NCBI GenBank assembly: GCA_963719945.1
Contig: CAVRDX010000001.1
Span: 205,087-269,086, forward strand
Direction of reading: 5' to 3'
Source: an uncultured Thermoplasmata archaeon
GTDB taxonomy: Archaea; Thermoplasmatota; Thermoplasmata; UBA10834
Length of the DNA stretch: 64,000 bases
Below the pieces are notes generated by a model. It searched no databases, was not told where the DNA came from, and saw only the letters and a program-made list of their open reading frames with translations. How positions within the stretch are numbered: position 1 is the first letter of the stretch; every line of letters starts with the position of its first letter. Of the stretch, positions 29,648 to 38,765 are shown one piece after another. Both the position numbers and the translations under genes were made by a program.

Positions 29648-31126
29648 TTAGTATGTCTTGGACTCGCCGCCCCACATGCCCTTCTTGGTGCTCTCGATGA
29701 TGGCATCGATCTTCTTCTGCTTGTCCGCATCGAGTGCCGGGACCTTGTGGTCCTTGAGGATCGCTTTGACCCTGTCCCTGGCGGAGTCTCTGAGAGACTT
29801 CGATCCAGAGGTGGACCATGCATCGTACGAGCGCCTGTCTATGAGCGTCGGTCTGAAGTGCTCCGACTTGAGATGGTCGACAGTGTGTCTTTGGGCAAGG
29901 TAGTTCTTACCCACTCCGACCTTCTCGATCACATCGAGCGGTACTGTGTCGTCATCTGCCCACTCGCCTCGTATGAGCCTCTTTATCGAGCCAACGACCT
30001 CGTTGTCCATGACAATCTGTTCATAGTGCAGGCAGCTGGAATCCTCCAACAGTCCGACACCACACATCAGGTCTGCACCCGCGAGCAGCGGACCGACGCA
30101 ACCAGTGTAGTACTCCAGGACCGACTGGTCACCGGGCACCTTCGCGGTTGCCGATACACCGACGCAGGAGGGCATTCCATAGTAGTGCGCTAGCTCAGTC
30201 GCCATCGCGGATGAGATCGAGTGCTCAGGGCTTCCGCCAGCTCTGATCGTCGTCCTCATGTCTAGCGGTGCGTTACCCATACCGTATATCACGGCTGCTC
30301 CGGGTGTCGCCAGCTGGATCATGGTCAGAGCGCTGAGAACCTCAGCGTTGCCCACTGCGAGTGAACCGACGAGCGTCGCCGGGCCTGTCGCACCTGGCTG
30401 TGGCATTCCGAAGAAGACGAGCGGAACTCCCGCTTCGGCAAAGTGCAGGCTCGCGTCCATGACTCCTGCATCGTGCTGGAGCGGAGCGTATGTGCACTGC
30501 AGGCACGATGTGATCGGCCTGTTCCTGTACTCCTTCTCGCCGCCAGCTGCTGCGTAGCCCATCTCGGTCAGGTGCTTCGCATCTGACAGTGTCACACCAG
30601 TCTCGTACATGACGTGCTTCTCTGTGTTGTTGAGAGACGCGTCAAGGTCGTGAAGGTGGACGGAAGCCGGGTCCTGATCCGTCGAACTGACCATTGGCCA
30701 GTGGATATGGACGTTCTCCAGAGCGTCGATGATCCTCGACGAGTTCACGACATCCTGCTTTGTCGAGCCCCTTCTCTCTCCGGTCTCGAAGTCGACTGTA
30801 ACTGCACCGTTGCCATTCGCCGTTATGTGGCTGTGGTTCATGTCCAGTTTCGCATCGTACTTCGGGTTCCTTCCTGCGAGAGTGATGGAAGTCTTCTTCT
30901 TCACCAGTGCTTCCTCGATCAGATGAGACGGTATCTTTGCGATACGGGTACTCTCATCGACCACGCAGCCGTTGTCCTTCAACAGCTTCCTGCACGTTGG
31001 ACTGTCGACCTGCACACCTATCTTCTCGAGTATGTGTAGTGTGCTCCAATGAATCCTATCCAAATCCTCATCGCTGAGGATCTGGAATTGGATGCCCCTC
31101 TTGATTCCGTAGGCCATGGACTTCAC
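29648..31126 (-). CDS. MttB-superfamily corrinoid-dependent methyltransferase, non-pyrrolysine homolog (paralog 2)
   Basis: 492-aa uninterrupted ORF, clearly paralogous to 28092-29534 (e.g. ITANGNGAVTVDFETGERRGSTKQD vs VASDGNGTMAMDFETRQRRESRKSD). A 4-bp overlap with the upstream corrinoid protein gene indicates an operon. Confidence 0.8.
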   Translation of the reverse strand: MKSMAYGIKRGIQFQILSDEDLDRIHWSTLHILEKIGVQVDSPTCRKLLKDNGCVVDESTRIAKIPSHLIEEALVKKKTSITLAGRNPKYDAKLDMNHSHITANGNGAVTVDFETGERRGSTKQDVVNSSRIIDALENVHIHWPMVSSTDQDPASVHLHDLDASLNNTEKHVMYETGVTLSDAKHLTEMGYAAAGGEKEYRNRPITSCLQCTYAPLQHDAGVMDASLHFAEAGVPLVFFGMPQPGATGPATLVGSLAVGNAEVLSALTMIQLATPGAAVIYGMGNAPLDMRTTIRAGGSPEHSISSAMATELAHYYGMPSCVGVSATAKVPGDQSVLEYYTGCVGPLLAGADLMCGVGLLEDSSCLHYEQIVMDNEVVGSIKRLIRGEWADDDTVPLDVIEKVGVGKNYLAQRHTVDHLKSEHFRPTLIDRRSYDAWSTSGSKSLRDSARDRVKAILKDHKVPALDADKQKKIDAIIESTKKGMWGGESKTY

Positions 31127-31770
31127 CCGACAAGCTTCCTGGCGACATCGACCGCGCTGGAAGCGTCACCGCTGTATCCCTCGGCTCCGATCTCCTTCGC
31201 GTAGACGTCGGTGACAGGTGCACCGCCAATCAATGCCTTGATTGGAAGGTTCTTCTGCTTGATTGGTCCTATGACTTCGGCCATTCTGGGCATTGTCGTG
31301 GTCATCAGGGCAGACATCGCAACCATCTTTGGCTTCAGTTCCTCCGCCTTCTTGACGAATTCTGCTGATGCAACGTTCACTCCAAGGTCAACGACCTCGA
31401 ATCCGTTCGCGGACAGCATCGTTGCCACGAGGTTCTTGCCGATTTCGTGAATATCGTCCTGGACTGTGCCGATGACAACCAAGCCCGCACTGGCCCTGTG
31501 CTTCCCCGACGGAACTGCGGGTTCAAGCACGGCCAACGCAGCCTTCATGGCCTCTGCGCCCATGACGAGTTCTGGTAGGAATATTTCTCCCTTGCCGAAT
31601 CTCTCGCCAACGACTTTTATTCCTTCCGCCAAGCCCTTCTCAATGGCGACGAGCGGGTCGACGCCTTCCGCGAGCGACTTCTTCGCCAGATCAGCAATCG
31701 TCTCCATCTCGTAGTTTATCACTGCGTTCTTAAGCCGTGTTACTGCATCTTCCATTGGTTTTACCCCCAA
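31123..31770 (-). CDS. Cobalamin-binding corrinoid protein (MtbC/MttC/MtgC-like)
   Basis: 215 aa with an N-terminal helical cap domain and a Rossmann B12-binding domain. The DxHxxG motif appears as DIHEIGKN. Confidence 0.8.
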   Translation of the reverse strand: MGVKPMEDAVTRLKNAVINYEMETIADLAKKSLAEGVDPLVAIEKGLAEGIKVVGERFGKGEIFLPELVMGAEAMKAALAVLEPAVPSGKHRASAGLVVIGTVQDDIHEIGKNLVATMLSANGFEVVDLGVNVASAEFVKKAEELKPKMVAMSALMTTTMPRMAEVIGPIKQKNLPIKALIGGAPVTDVYAKEIGAEGYSGDASSAVDVARKLVG

Positions 31771-32139
31771 TTGGTTTCCTTCCAGGACTTTTGTTCCGGT
31801 CGGATTTTCCAGCTCGGTTTTAAGAGCGATTCATCTCCAAGACAAATCCCCTTCTCCGATTGAACCGGCATACTCGATACCCTAATTAAGTTTTCTGCTA
31901 TTTCGAGGCATTTCTCTACCAAACACTATACAAATGTCAATATTATGCTCTTATGGCCCGATAGCAACCCGTTCATCCGTACATGAGCGTCAAGGGAGAT
32001 CGTCACGCGAAAGGCATGATTCGCGAATGATGGCACAACTATCGAAAAGTCATCCAGATGTTTCTGGCCTAGTGCTCATGAATTACCCAAAACTATTTCT
32101 CGGAAAAGGCGTTCACCCCTTTCATAGGAGGCGAAAAAT

Positions 32140-33033
32140 TTGCCTTGTGCAGTTGTGCCAGTTATTGAGCTGAAGGGTACGGCAAAGACAGTGAAGATTG
32201 GAGCCACGAAGACCCCGGTTCTGGTGGGCGAGAGAATAAACCCTACCAACCGTAAGGACTTGATCGCCAAGCTGAAAGCCGGCGAGTTTGGAGTTCTTGA
32301 GATGGAGGCCAAGAGGCAAATTGAGGCGGGTGCGGATATCCTGGATATCAACGTGGGTGTCCCTGGAATAGATGAGAAGCACGCCATGCTCGAAGCCATC
32401 AGGATCGTCCAGGAATCAGTTGATGTTCCTCTTTGGATAGACACATCCGATCCAGCGGTCCTCGAAGTCGCTCTCAAAACGGTAAAGGGTCGCGTTGGGA
32501 TCAACTCCACCACTGGGGAAGAGAAGAGGATGGACGCAGTCATACCTCTCGCAGCTCAGTACGATGCTGCATTGGTCGGACTCTGCATCGACGATTCTGG
32601 GATCCCTCAGACCTCTGAGAAGAGGGTGGCGATCGCCAGGAAGATCATCGACCGTGCTGAGCGTGCCGGTCTCGACAGGAAGAACCTTATGATCGATTGC
32701 GTCGCCCTTGCGTGCGGAACCAACGACCAGGGTGCCAAGGCTACACTCGACACCATACGCATCGTGACCGAGGAACTAGGCGTGAACACTACGCTCGGAC
32801 TCAGCAATGTATCGTTCGGATTGCCAGACAGGCCCAAGCTCAACGCAGCTTTCATGCTCATGTGCGCGGGACAGGGCATGACCAGCTTCATCGGCAACCC
32901 TCTGGATCCCAACATGCAGCTTGCAACCAAATCGTCCAAGCTGTTCTGGGGCGAGGACAAGTTCGCGATGGGCTACCTTACATTCTACAGGAAGATGCAG
33001 CAGGCCCAGGCCGCTGCAGCTGAGAAGAAGTGA
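32140..33033 (+). CDS. Pterin-binding methyltransferase (methyl-corrinoid:tetrahydrofolate/tetrahydromethanopterin methyltransferase; MtrH/AcsE/MtgA family)
   Basis: 297-aa pterin-binding TIM barrel with conserved blocks (VLVGERINPT, DILDINVG, INSTTGE). It is divergently transcribed from the corrinoid protein gene. Confidence 0.75.
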   Translation: MPCAVVPVIELKGTAKTVKIGATKTPVLVGERINPTNRKDLIAKLKAGEFGVLEMEAKRQIEAGADILDINVGVPGIDEKHAMLEAIRIVQESVDVPLWIDTSDPAVLEVALKTVKGRVGINSTTGEEKRMDAVIPLAAQYDAALVGLCIDDSGIPQTSEKRVAIARKIIDRAERAGLDRKNLMIDCVALACGTNDQGAKATLDTIRIVTEELGVNTTLGLSNVSFGLPDRPKLNAAFMLMCAGQGMTSFIGNPLDPNMQLATKSSKLFWGEDKFAMGYLTFYRKMQQAQAAAAEKK

Positions 33034-33150
33034 GAGATGCGCGAGATGAAAACCCCTTACAGAAACTCATTCCATACCATTATTCTCGATAGCATCCGAC
33101 ATCTGCTAACCCATGGTCGGTTGACCATCGTCAAAATGCGAGGATGTTGT

Positions 33151-34953
33151 CTATCTCCTTCTCATCTTCGGATTCAGCACATCATCAAGGGCGTATCCGA
33201 CCAGTGAGAACGACAGCACCATTATCACGATGGCTCCTCCAGGCGGCAGTATCCACCACCACGCCCGTGAGCTGAACGCACTGAAATTGTACGCGCCCTC
33301 GAGCATGGCTCCCCAGCTGATCACATCCGGATCACCCAGGCCAAAGAAGTCCAGGAACGCTTCGGAGAATATTGCAAGCGATATCAAGAGGACCGTGTTC
33401 GCGAAGATCAGCGGAAGCACGTTTGGCAGAATATGTTTGCCAATTATGTGCGCATCCCCGGCGCCGATCGCTCTTGCCCTCTCGATGAACTGACGCTCCT
33501 TGATCGTCAGGACCTGCGACCTGACTATTCTTGCCGTCGACGGCCAGCTCGTGATGCCGATGACCAATATGACCCAAATGAACTTGGAGCCAAGGATGGC
33601 CATCATGACGATCATGAGAGGGAACCACGGGAGAACCAGGAAGAAGTCCGTGATCCTCATCAAGAGTTCCTGCACCGCTCGGCCGAAGTACCCAGCGGCG
33701 AGCCCGATCCCCGCACCGAGCGCGACCGAGATGAGTGTGGCGACGATCCCGACGATAAGCGATGCTCTCGTGCCGTACAAGGTCATGCTGTATATGTCTC
33801 GGCCGACGTTATCTGTACCTAATGGGTGCAGCTGGCCTGTATATGGCGAAGGATCAAGGATGGATGGCGGCAGTGGGTTGTACCAGCCATCATCTATCAC
33901 GTTCATTTCGTAATTGTTCGTGTTGTTCGGATCAGGAACTGTCGATATGTATGGTGCTAGGATTGCCAGTACGACGAAACCTATCAGAACCAGGAACCCA
34001 CTGAAACCGATGCTATTGGATCTGAATATCTTCCAAGTCTTCCTAAAATCCGCCAGCCTGAGTCTGAGTTTCTCCTTGTCTGTGCTGGTCATCAGAGTAT
34101 GGTCCTTGCGCCACTTCTTGATTATCAAGAATGCAGCAACCGCGATGATCGTGGCGCTGATCGCGATCTTGAGCCAGTTCTCTTCCAGCCATGTAGGCGG
34201 TGACTTCACTGCGATGGTTATTGCCGTTTCGTTCGAATTGCCACCGAGGTCTGTCACACGCAACCTGATCTCGTAGATGCCCGTTTGATTGAACCAATAC
34301 TTCCAGGATGGGACATCGTAGGTGTCTATGACCTCGCCATTCCGTGAGACTGTCCACTCGTATTCCACAATCATGCTGTTGTCACTGGACGATCTGCTCG
34401 CATTGAATGTTACGTTCGAATACACTTGGACCGTCATGTTGACGTGACCGATGTTCACAACTGGCGGCTCAGTATCCAGTGCAACGGTCACGGAGACAGT
34501 GTCAATGTCCCAGTTCCCTTCTGCATCGGTGACATTGAGCGTCACCACATAGGTCCCGATATACAGGAATGTGTAACTCACGACCTCCCCGTATAGGACC
34601 CGTTCCACTCCATCGAAGAACGACCATGTGAAGTTGACTATATCCACATCATCGGATGATCGCGCAGCCGACAGGGTGACTTTCATCTCGACATAAGTCG
34701 ATACATCGGCGCCAGCATTCGCGATCGGCGGAGTCACATCCTGCAGATATGAGGTGCTTACGCACTCCTGGTCATTCCTGTCGGTGACGCTGCAACTGAG
34801 GATGGTGATTGTGATGACTGAAAGCAGCAGCATCATCGATAATGTCGCTGCGAATCTGCTGGGACTTTTGCCCTTCATCCCATGATTTCGATTTTCATGA
34901 ACCATTCCATCACCCTCAGATCTTGACCCTCGGGTCAAGGTAGAAATATACAA
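33151..34953 (-). CDS. Peptide/nickel-type ABC transporter permease (OppC/DppC-like) with N-terminal extracytoplasmic PKD-like domains
   Basis: 600 aa. The N-terminal ~280 aa has two PKD-like beta-sandwich repeats (..VTLNVTDAEGNWD.., ..IRLRVTDLGGNSN..). The C-terminal part has six TM helices with the BPD_transp_1 motif. The start may be the internal MKGKS. Confidence 0.8.
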   Translation of the reverse strand: MYISTLTRGSRSEGDGMVHENRNHGMKGKSPSRFAATLSMMLLLSVITITILSCSVTDRNDQECVSTSYLQDVTPPIANAGADVSTYVEMKVTLSAARSSDDVDIVNFTWSFFDGVERVLYGEVVSYTFLYIGTYVVTLNVTDAEGNWDIDTVSVTVALDTEPPVVNIGHVNMTVQVYSNVTFNASRSSSDNSMIVEYEWTVSRNGEVIDTYDVPSWKYWFNQTGIYEIRLRVTDLGGNSNETAITIAVKSPPTWLEENWLKIAISATIIAVAAFLIIKKWRKDHTLMTSTDKEKLRLRLADFRKTWKIFRSNSIGFSGFLVLIGFVVLAILAPYISTVPDPNNTNNYEMNVIDDGWYNPLPPSILDPSPYTGQLHPLGTDNVGRDIYSMTLYGTRASLIVGIVATLISVALGAGIGLAAGYFGRAVQELLMRITDFFLVLPWFPLMIVMMAILGSKFIWVILVIGITSWPSTARIVRSQVLTIKERQFIERARAIGAGDAHIIGKHILPNVLPLIFANTVLLISLAIFSEAFLDFFGLGDPDVISWGAMLEGAYNFSAFSSRAWWWILPPGGAIVIMVLSFSLVGYALDDVLNPKMRRR

Positions 34954-35899
34954 TGTCCGCGATCAGATTTGCCACCAATACTGCAACTGCCATCAGAAGG
35001 AAGAGTGCCTGTAGCAACGGGTAGTCGAGGCTCACAACAGCGTCCCATGTGAGCTTTCCCAGCCCGTCGTACGAGAACACCATCTCGACCATTATCGTTC
35101 CTCCGAGTACCCATCCCACGCTTATGGCCATGACAGTTACGACGGGCAGCAGTGCATTCTTCATCGCGTGCTCATTCAATATGTTCTTGTTGCTCACTCC
35201 TTTTGCTCTTGCAGTTATTATGTAATCTTCAGTAAGGACATCCGTCAGCGAGTTCCTCATTATGAGGGCGAATTCCGCCATTATCTCTAGAGTGAATGCG
35301 ATGACTGGCAGAATAAGGTGGTAACCTCGATCGAGTATTTTCTCCCATAAGTTCATGTCTGTATAGCCTGGGCCATATGCCCCACGTAACGGGAACCATC
35401 CCAGGTATCCAGAGAAGATCATCAGGAGAATCAGTGCGAACAGGAAGGTGGGCATCGAATAGAATATGAGCGCGAATCCCATGCTCGCCGCATCAGCTGC
35501 TTTTCCTCTCCTCCAGGCAGCGAACTTACCAATCATCACTCCCAGATATATCGCGAGTCCAGTTCCTATGCCTACCAACAGGACTGTGTTGAATATCTTC
35601 GGTCCCAGACCATCAGATATCTCGCTGTTCTTCCAGACTCCGGTGCTGACTCCGAAATCGCCAGAGAATATCTGGATGATGTAGTAGTATAATTGGTCCA
35701 GCAGCGGATCGTTGAGGTGAAACCTTTCTCTAATGATATTCTTCAACACCTCGTCCCCGCTCTTGGGGACAAGTACCGCAGCCGGATCTCCAGGCATTAT
35801 CCTGAACAGGAAGAAGTTGAAGGCTATGATGGCGAACAGCGTGATTATGAGATAAATGACCTTTCTGATGACATACGATCGCATATCCACTGGAATCAT
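34916..35899 (-). CDS. Peptide/nickel-type ABC transporter permease (OppB/DppB-like)
   Basis: 327 aa. The N-terminus IRKVIYLIITLFAIIAFNFFLFRIMPGDP is characteristic of OppB/DppB. Overlaps the downstream permease gene. Confidence 0.85.
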   Translation of the reverse strand: MIPVDMRSYVIRKVIYLIITLFAIIAFNFFLFRIMPGDPAAVLVPKSGDEVLKNIIRERFHLNDPLLDQLYYYIIQIFSGDFGVSTGVWKNSEISDGLGPKIFNTVLLVGIGTGLAIYLGVMIGKFAAWRRGKAADAASMGFALIFYSMPTFLFALILLMIFSGYLGWFPLRGAYGPGYTDMNLWEKILDRGYHLILPVIAFTLEIMAEFALIMRNSLTDVLTEDYIITARAKGVSNKNILNEHAMKNALLPVVTVMAISVGWVLGGTIMVEMVFSYDGLGKLTWDAVVSLDYPLLQALFLLMAVAVLVANLIADIVYFYLDPRVKI

Positions 35900-36052
35900 C
35901 TCCCCCTGCGGATCGATTCTCTGGACATCGATGGCTCCCTTCCCACGCCATCTACATCTCGGCTACGAACAGTTACCAGTTTGTCACGCGTGCTTATCGC
36001 ATCCCTTGCATGATTGAAAGCGGAAAGGGGGTATGTACCCCCGAATTCGTTT

Positions 36053-38047
36053 TCATTCTCCCAGCGGGCTGTCGTCTTTCTTCTTACCACCTTTATTTTT
36101 CTTCATCATAGTCATGGCCACTATCACAGCCACTACCGCGACAACTGCTCCTATTCCTATCGCGACATACATGATGTCGATTGGTTTCTTTTCCACAGGC
36201 TCGAGTGCCTCCAGATCGAAGAAGAGCGGGTTTCCTGTCCAGAAGGCATCCATGCTTCTTCCTGGGTTAGCTTCCCAGTCTCCCCAGCCCTCGAAAGTAT
36301 CCGTCCTCCATGCGTATGTCTGATACGGATAGGCCAATAGGATGTAGCCTGCATCCTCATAGTTGATCCTCTGGCAGTTATCGACGTAGATCTTCCTCTG
36401 GGCTGGATCGAGTTCGGAGATCGACAGCGTGTAATTCTCCTCATACCCTGGAGTCGAGTACAGGTTGTCATTCCAGCCGTTCCATGCGCGATATGATTGG
36501 CAGAACAGCATGAAGTTCGGGTCCGGATCCGCGCTCCAGTACCAGATCATGGTGTCATATGCATATGCATAGACTTGTGTGCCTAGTTGTGCCTCGGTCA
36601 TGTAATCTGGCACCAGTTCGATTCCTATCTGCTTCCATTGATCCACCAGGTACTTCGCAATCAGTGTCTCCTCTGGGAACTCTATCCGAATCAACATCTC
36701 GAACGAGAGCTGTCTATCCGGCGTGACCCATCCTTCCTGTACTGCTAGGCTGTCCGCCGTAGCGACCCTGTAAGTGGCACTCGCACTTGGATATCTATAA
36801 CCTGCATCCTCAAGCATCTGTGCCGCTGCGTCCATATCGAAATCGTATAGTTCATCCGCAGTCGGCTCATAGTGCCACTCCTCGTTCACAGGTGATATCA
36901 GAGTAGTGCCCACATCTGCATAGCCGAGATAGTACTGGTCCACAATGGTTTCCTTATCAGTGGCCATTGCAAGAGCCTGCCTAACTGCAGGATCGAGTCT
37001 TGCCTGGTTCGGACCCGCAGTGTTCATGTTGAACCCTATCTCGGTCCAGTACTGTGTGCACTTCAGACCGTCGTAAGTCTCTATGTTCTTCAGGGTTCCA
37101 GCATCCACGCTCTGCTTGATGGTGTGATATTCTGATGGCGGGAATTGCGCGATGTCCAGCTCACCGTTCTTCAAGGCGAGACTCATCGCAGTCGCATCAT
37201 CATAGAAGTACATGACAATCTTATCGAAGCTGACATTCAGTCCCTTGTCATCCTGCCAGTGGTAGTTCGGATTCCTGAAAAGCGTTATGTGATCTCCCTC
37301 GAAGTACTCGGCTGCGATGTCAGGACCTGCCATGAACGGTCCCGTTCCGACAATCGGTATACCTCCGTCCTCGAAGTACCCTGTCCATGTGAATGCGATA
37401 TCTGCCGAAGACATCGACTGGAGCTTGTGACGCGGAAGCATCGGGACGCAGATCAGCTCAGCATATGCGGCGACCATCGGCTCATCGGTGTCTCTGTCGA
37501 AGAAGTGGATTCTGATGGTGTCGTCATCGACAGCTTCTGCATATTGCATGAAGTATGCATATGGTTGGTATGCCCACCACAGATCGTACTGCTGACCGTT
37601 CTGGTCGATCGTCCAAACCGCGTCTTCTGCAGTGAATGGTTCTCCATCATGCCACATCGCGTTCTGGGTCAAATCGAATTCCCAGACTGACCCATATGGT
37701 TCACCACTAGCAATCATATCGGGATCGCTGAGCGGAACAATCCTCCAATCGGTTGCAAGATTCCCCACAGTCTCGTAGTCATCCCCGACCGAGTGAAGTG
37801 CGTCATAGACCAATCCATAGAACACGTAGGCTGCATCTGTCAGCCCCATCAATGGATTCAAGCTGTCGATACGCTGCATGAATCCGATCCTAAGTTCGGT
37901 TTCGACCACTTCGGTATCTTCCGAATTCGCAGCACCCATAACACTGGTAACCGGAAGCGCCAATATGGTCGCCAAAAGCAAGACTGCACACAAAGATGGA
38001 ACTCTAGTTCTCTTCATCCCCACGTTATTTCCCCCACACTTGAGCAT
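36053..38047 (-). CDS. ABC transporter substrate-binding protein (family 5, OppA/DppA-like), membrane-anchored
   Basis: 664 aa. It has an N-terminal signal peptide, an SBP_bac_5-like body and a C-terminal TM helix followed by a Lys-rich tail (VAIGIGAVVAVVAVIVAMTMMKKNKGGKKKDD). This layout is typical of archaeal SBPs. Confidence 0.8.
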   Translation of the reverse strand: MLKCGGNNVGMKRTRVPSLCAVLLLATILALPVTSVMGAANSEDTEVVETELRIGFMQRIDSLNPLMGLTDAAYVFYGLVYDALHSVGDDYETVGNLATDWRIVPLSDPDMIASGEPYGSVWEFDLTQNAMWHDGEPFTAEDAVWTIDQNGQQYDLWWAYQPYAYFMQYAEAVDDDTIRIHFFDRDTDEPMVAAYAELICVPMLPRHKLQSMSSADIAFTWTGYFEDGGIPIVGTGPFMAGPDIAAEYFEGDHITLFRNPNYHWQDDKGLNVSFDKIVMYFYDDATAMSLALKNGELDIAQFPPSEYHTIKQSVDAGTLKNIETYDGLKCTQYWTEIGFNMNTAGPNQARLDPAVRQALAMATDKETIVDQYYLGYADVGTTLISPVNEEWHYEPTADELYDFDMDAAAQMLEDAGYRYPSASATYRVATADSLAVQEGWVTPDRQLSFEMLIRIEFPEETLIAKYLVDQWKQIGIELVPDYMTEAQLGTQVYAYAYDTMIWYWSADPDPNFMLFCQSYRAWNGWNDNLYSTPGYEENYTLSISELDPAQRKIYVDNCQRINYEDAGYILLAYPYQTYAWRTDTFEGWGDWEANPGRSMDAFWTGNPLFFDLEALEPVEKKPIDIMYVAIGIGAVVAVVAVIVAMTMMKKNKGGKKKDDSPLGE

Positions 38048-38161
38048 GTCCAGACCGCTCCCACATGGGTCTGGTTCGACATCTCGGATATGTTACCTTA
38101 TCCAAAGCCGTGGTGTTTCAAAGTCCCCACTTCTTACACCTAACGACTATGGCTGGTTTGA

Positions 38162-38178
38162 TTGACATTGAATGTCAA
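38162..38178. promoter_or_regulatory. Perfect palindrome TTGACATTgAATGTCAA with a half-site-like partial copy about 36 bp downstream (candidate operator)
   Basis: Read directly in the divergent intergenic region between the SBP gene (start 38047) and the giant surface protein gene (start 38766). It has 8-bp arms and a 1-nt spacer. A second TGACATTGAATCGACATC lies at about 38198-38215. Confidence 0.35.
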
Positions 38179-38765
38179 GCGTGGTATAAGAATATTGTGA
38201 CATTGAATCGACATCTTCTCATATCATTCAAGTCTGGTGCAGAATTCCGAAACGATATTTCAAAACATGCAATTAGTTTCACGTATCAATGAATATTGGT
38301 GAGTCAAACGTCAGGCTCGTTTCGATGGCCGAAACGATTTTGTGAATCGAGTCCTCGATATTGGACATCTATTCCATCCGCTCAGAATGATCCTCAACTC
38401 ATTTTCTCTGCTTCCGTTAATGACCCGCGATGGATTCTCATTCGTTCGAATCTCGTTCGTCATTTTAGATCATTACTGTGGCTCTCCATTCGATTCCCGA
38501 TGCACTGTCGACATGGTCGAGGCGATGCGAAAATCCGTTCAGATGCGCTCCGTAATCTACTTTGCAGGGGAAGTCATAATTCGACAAGCGATGCTTCATT
38601 CGACGGATTTCTCGAAATTTTGACAACTAGTATTAAACTGATTCAGGAAGAATAACGTCCAGATGTATCTGGCTGTGTGACAAGAAATGACAGGATATAA
38701 ATAGTGTAGAAACAATTATCGCGATCGGTTGGAGTTGAGCCCAACCATAGGGGGATTAAGTCAAA

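Noticed and set aside
28092-31126. Possibility that the MttB homologs are pyrrolysine-containing trimethylamine methyltransferases
   Set aside because: Both ORFs are uninterrupted over 480 and 492 aa with no in-frame TAG. They are non-Pyl members of the superfamily, so the substrate is unlikely to be trimethylamine.
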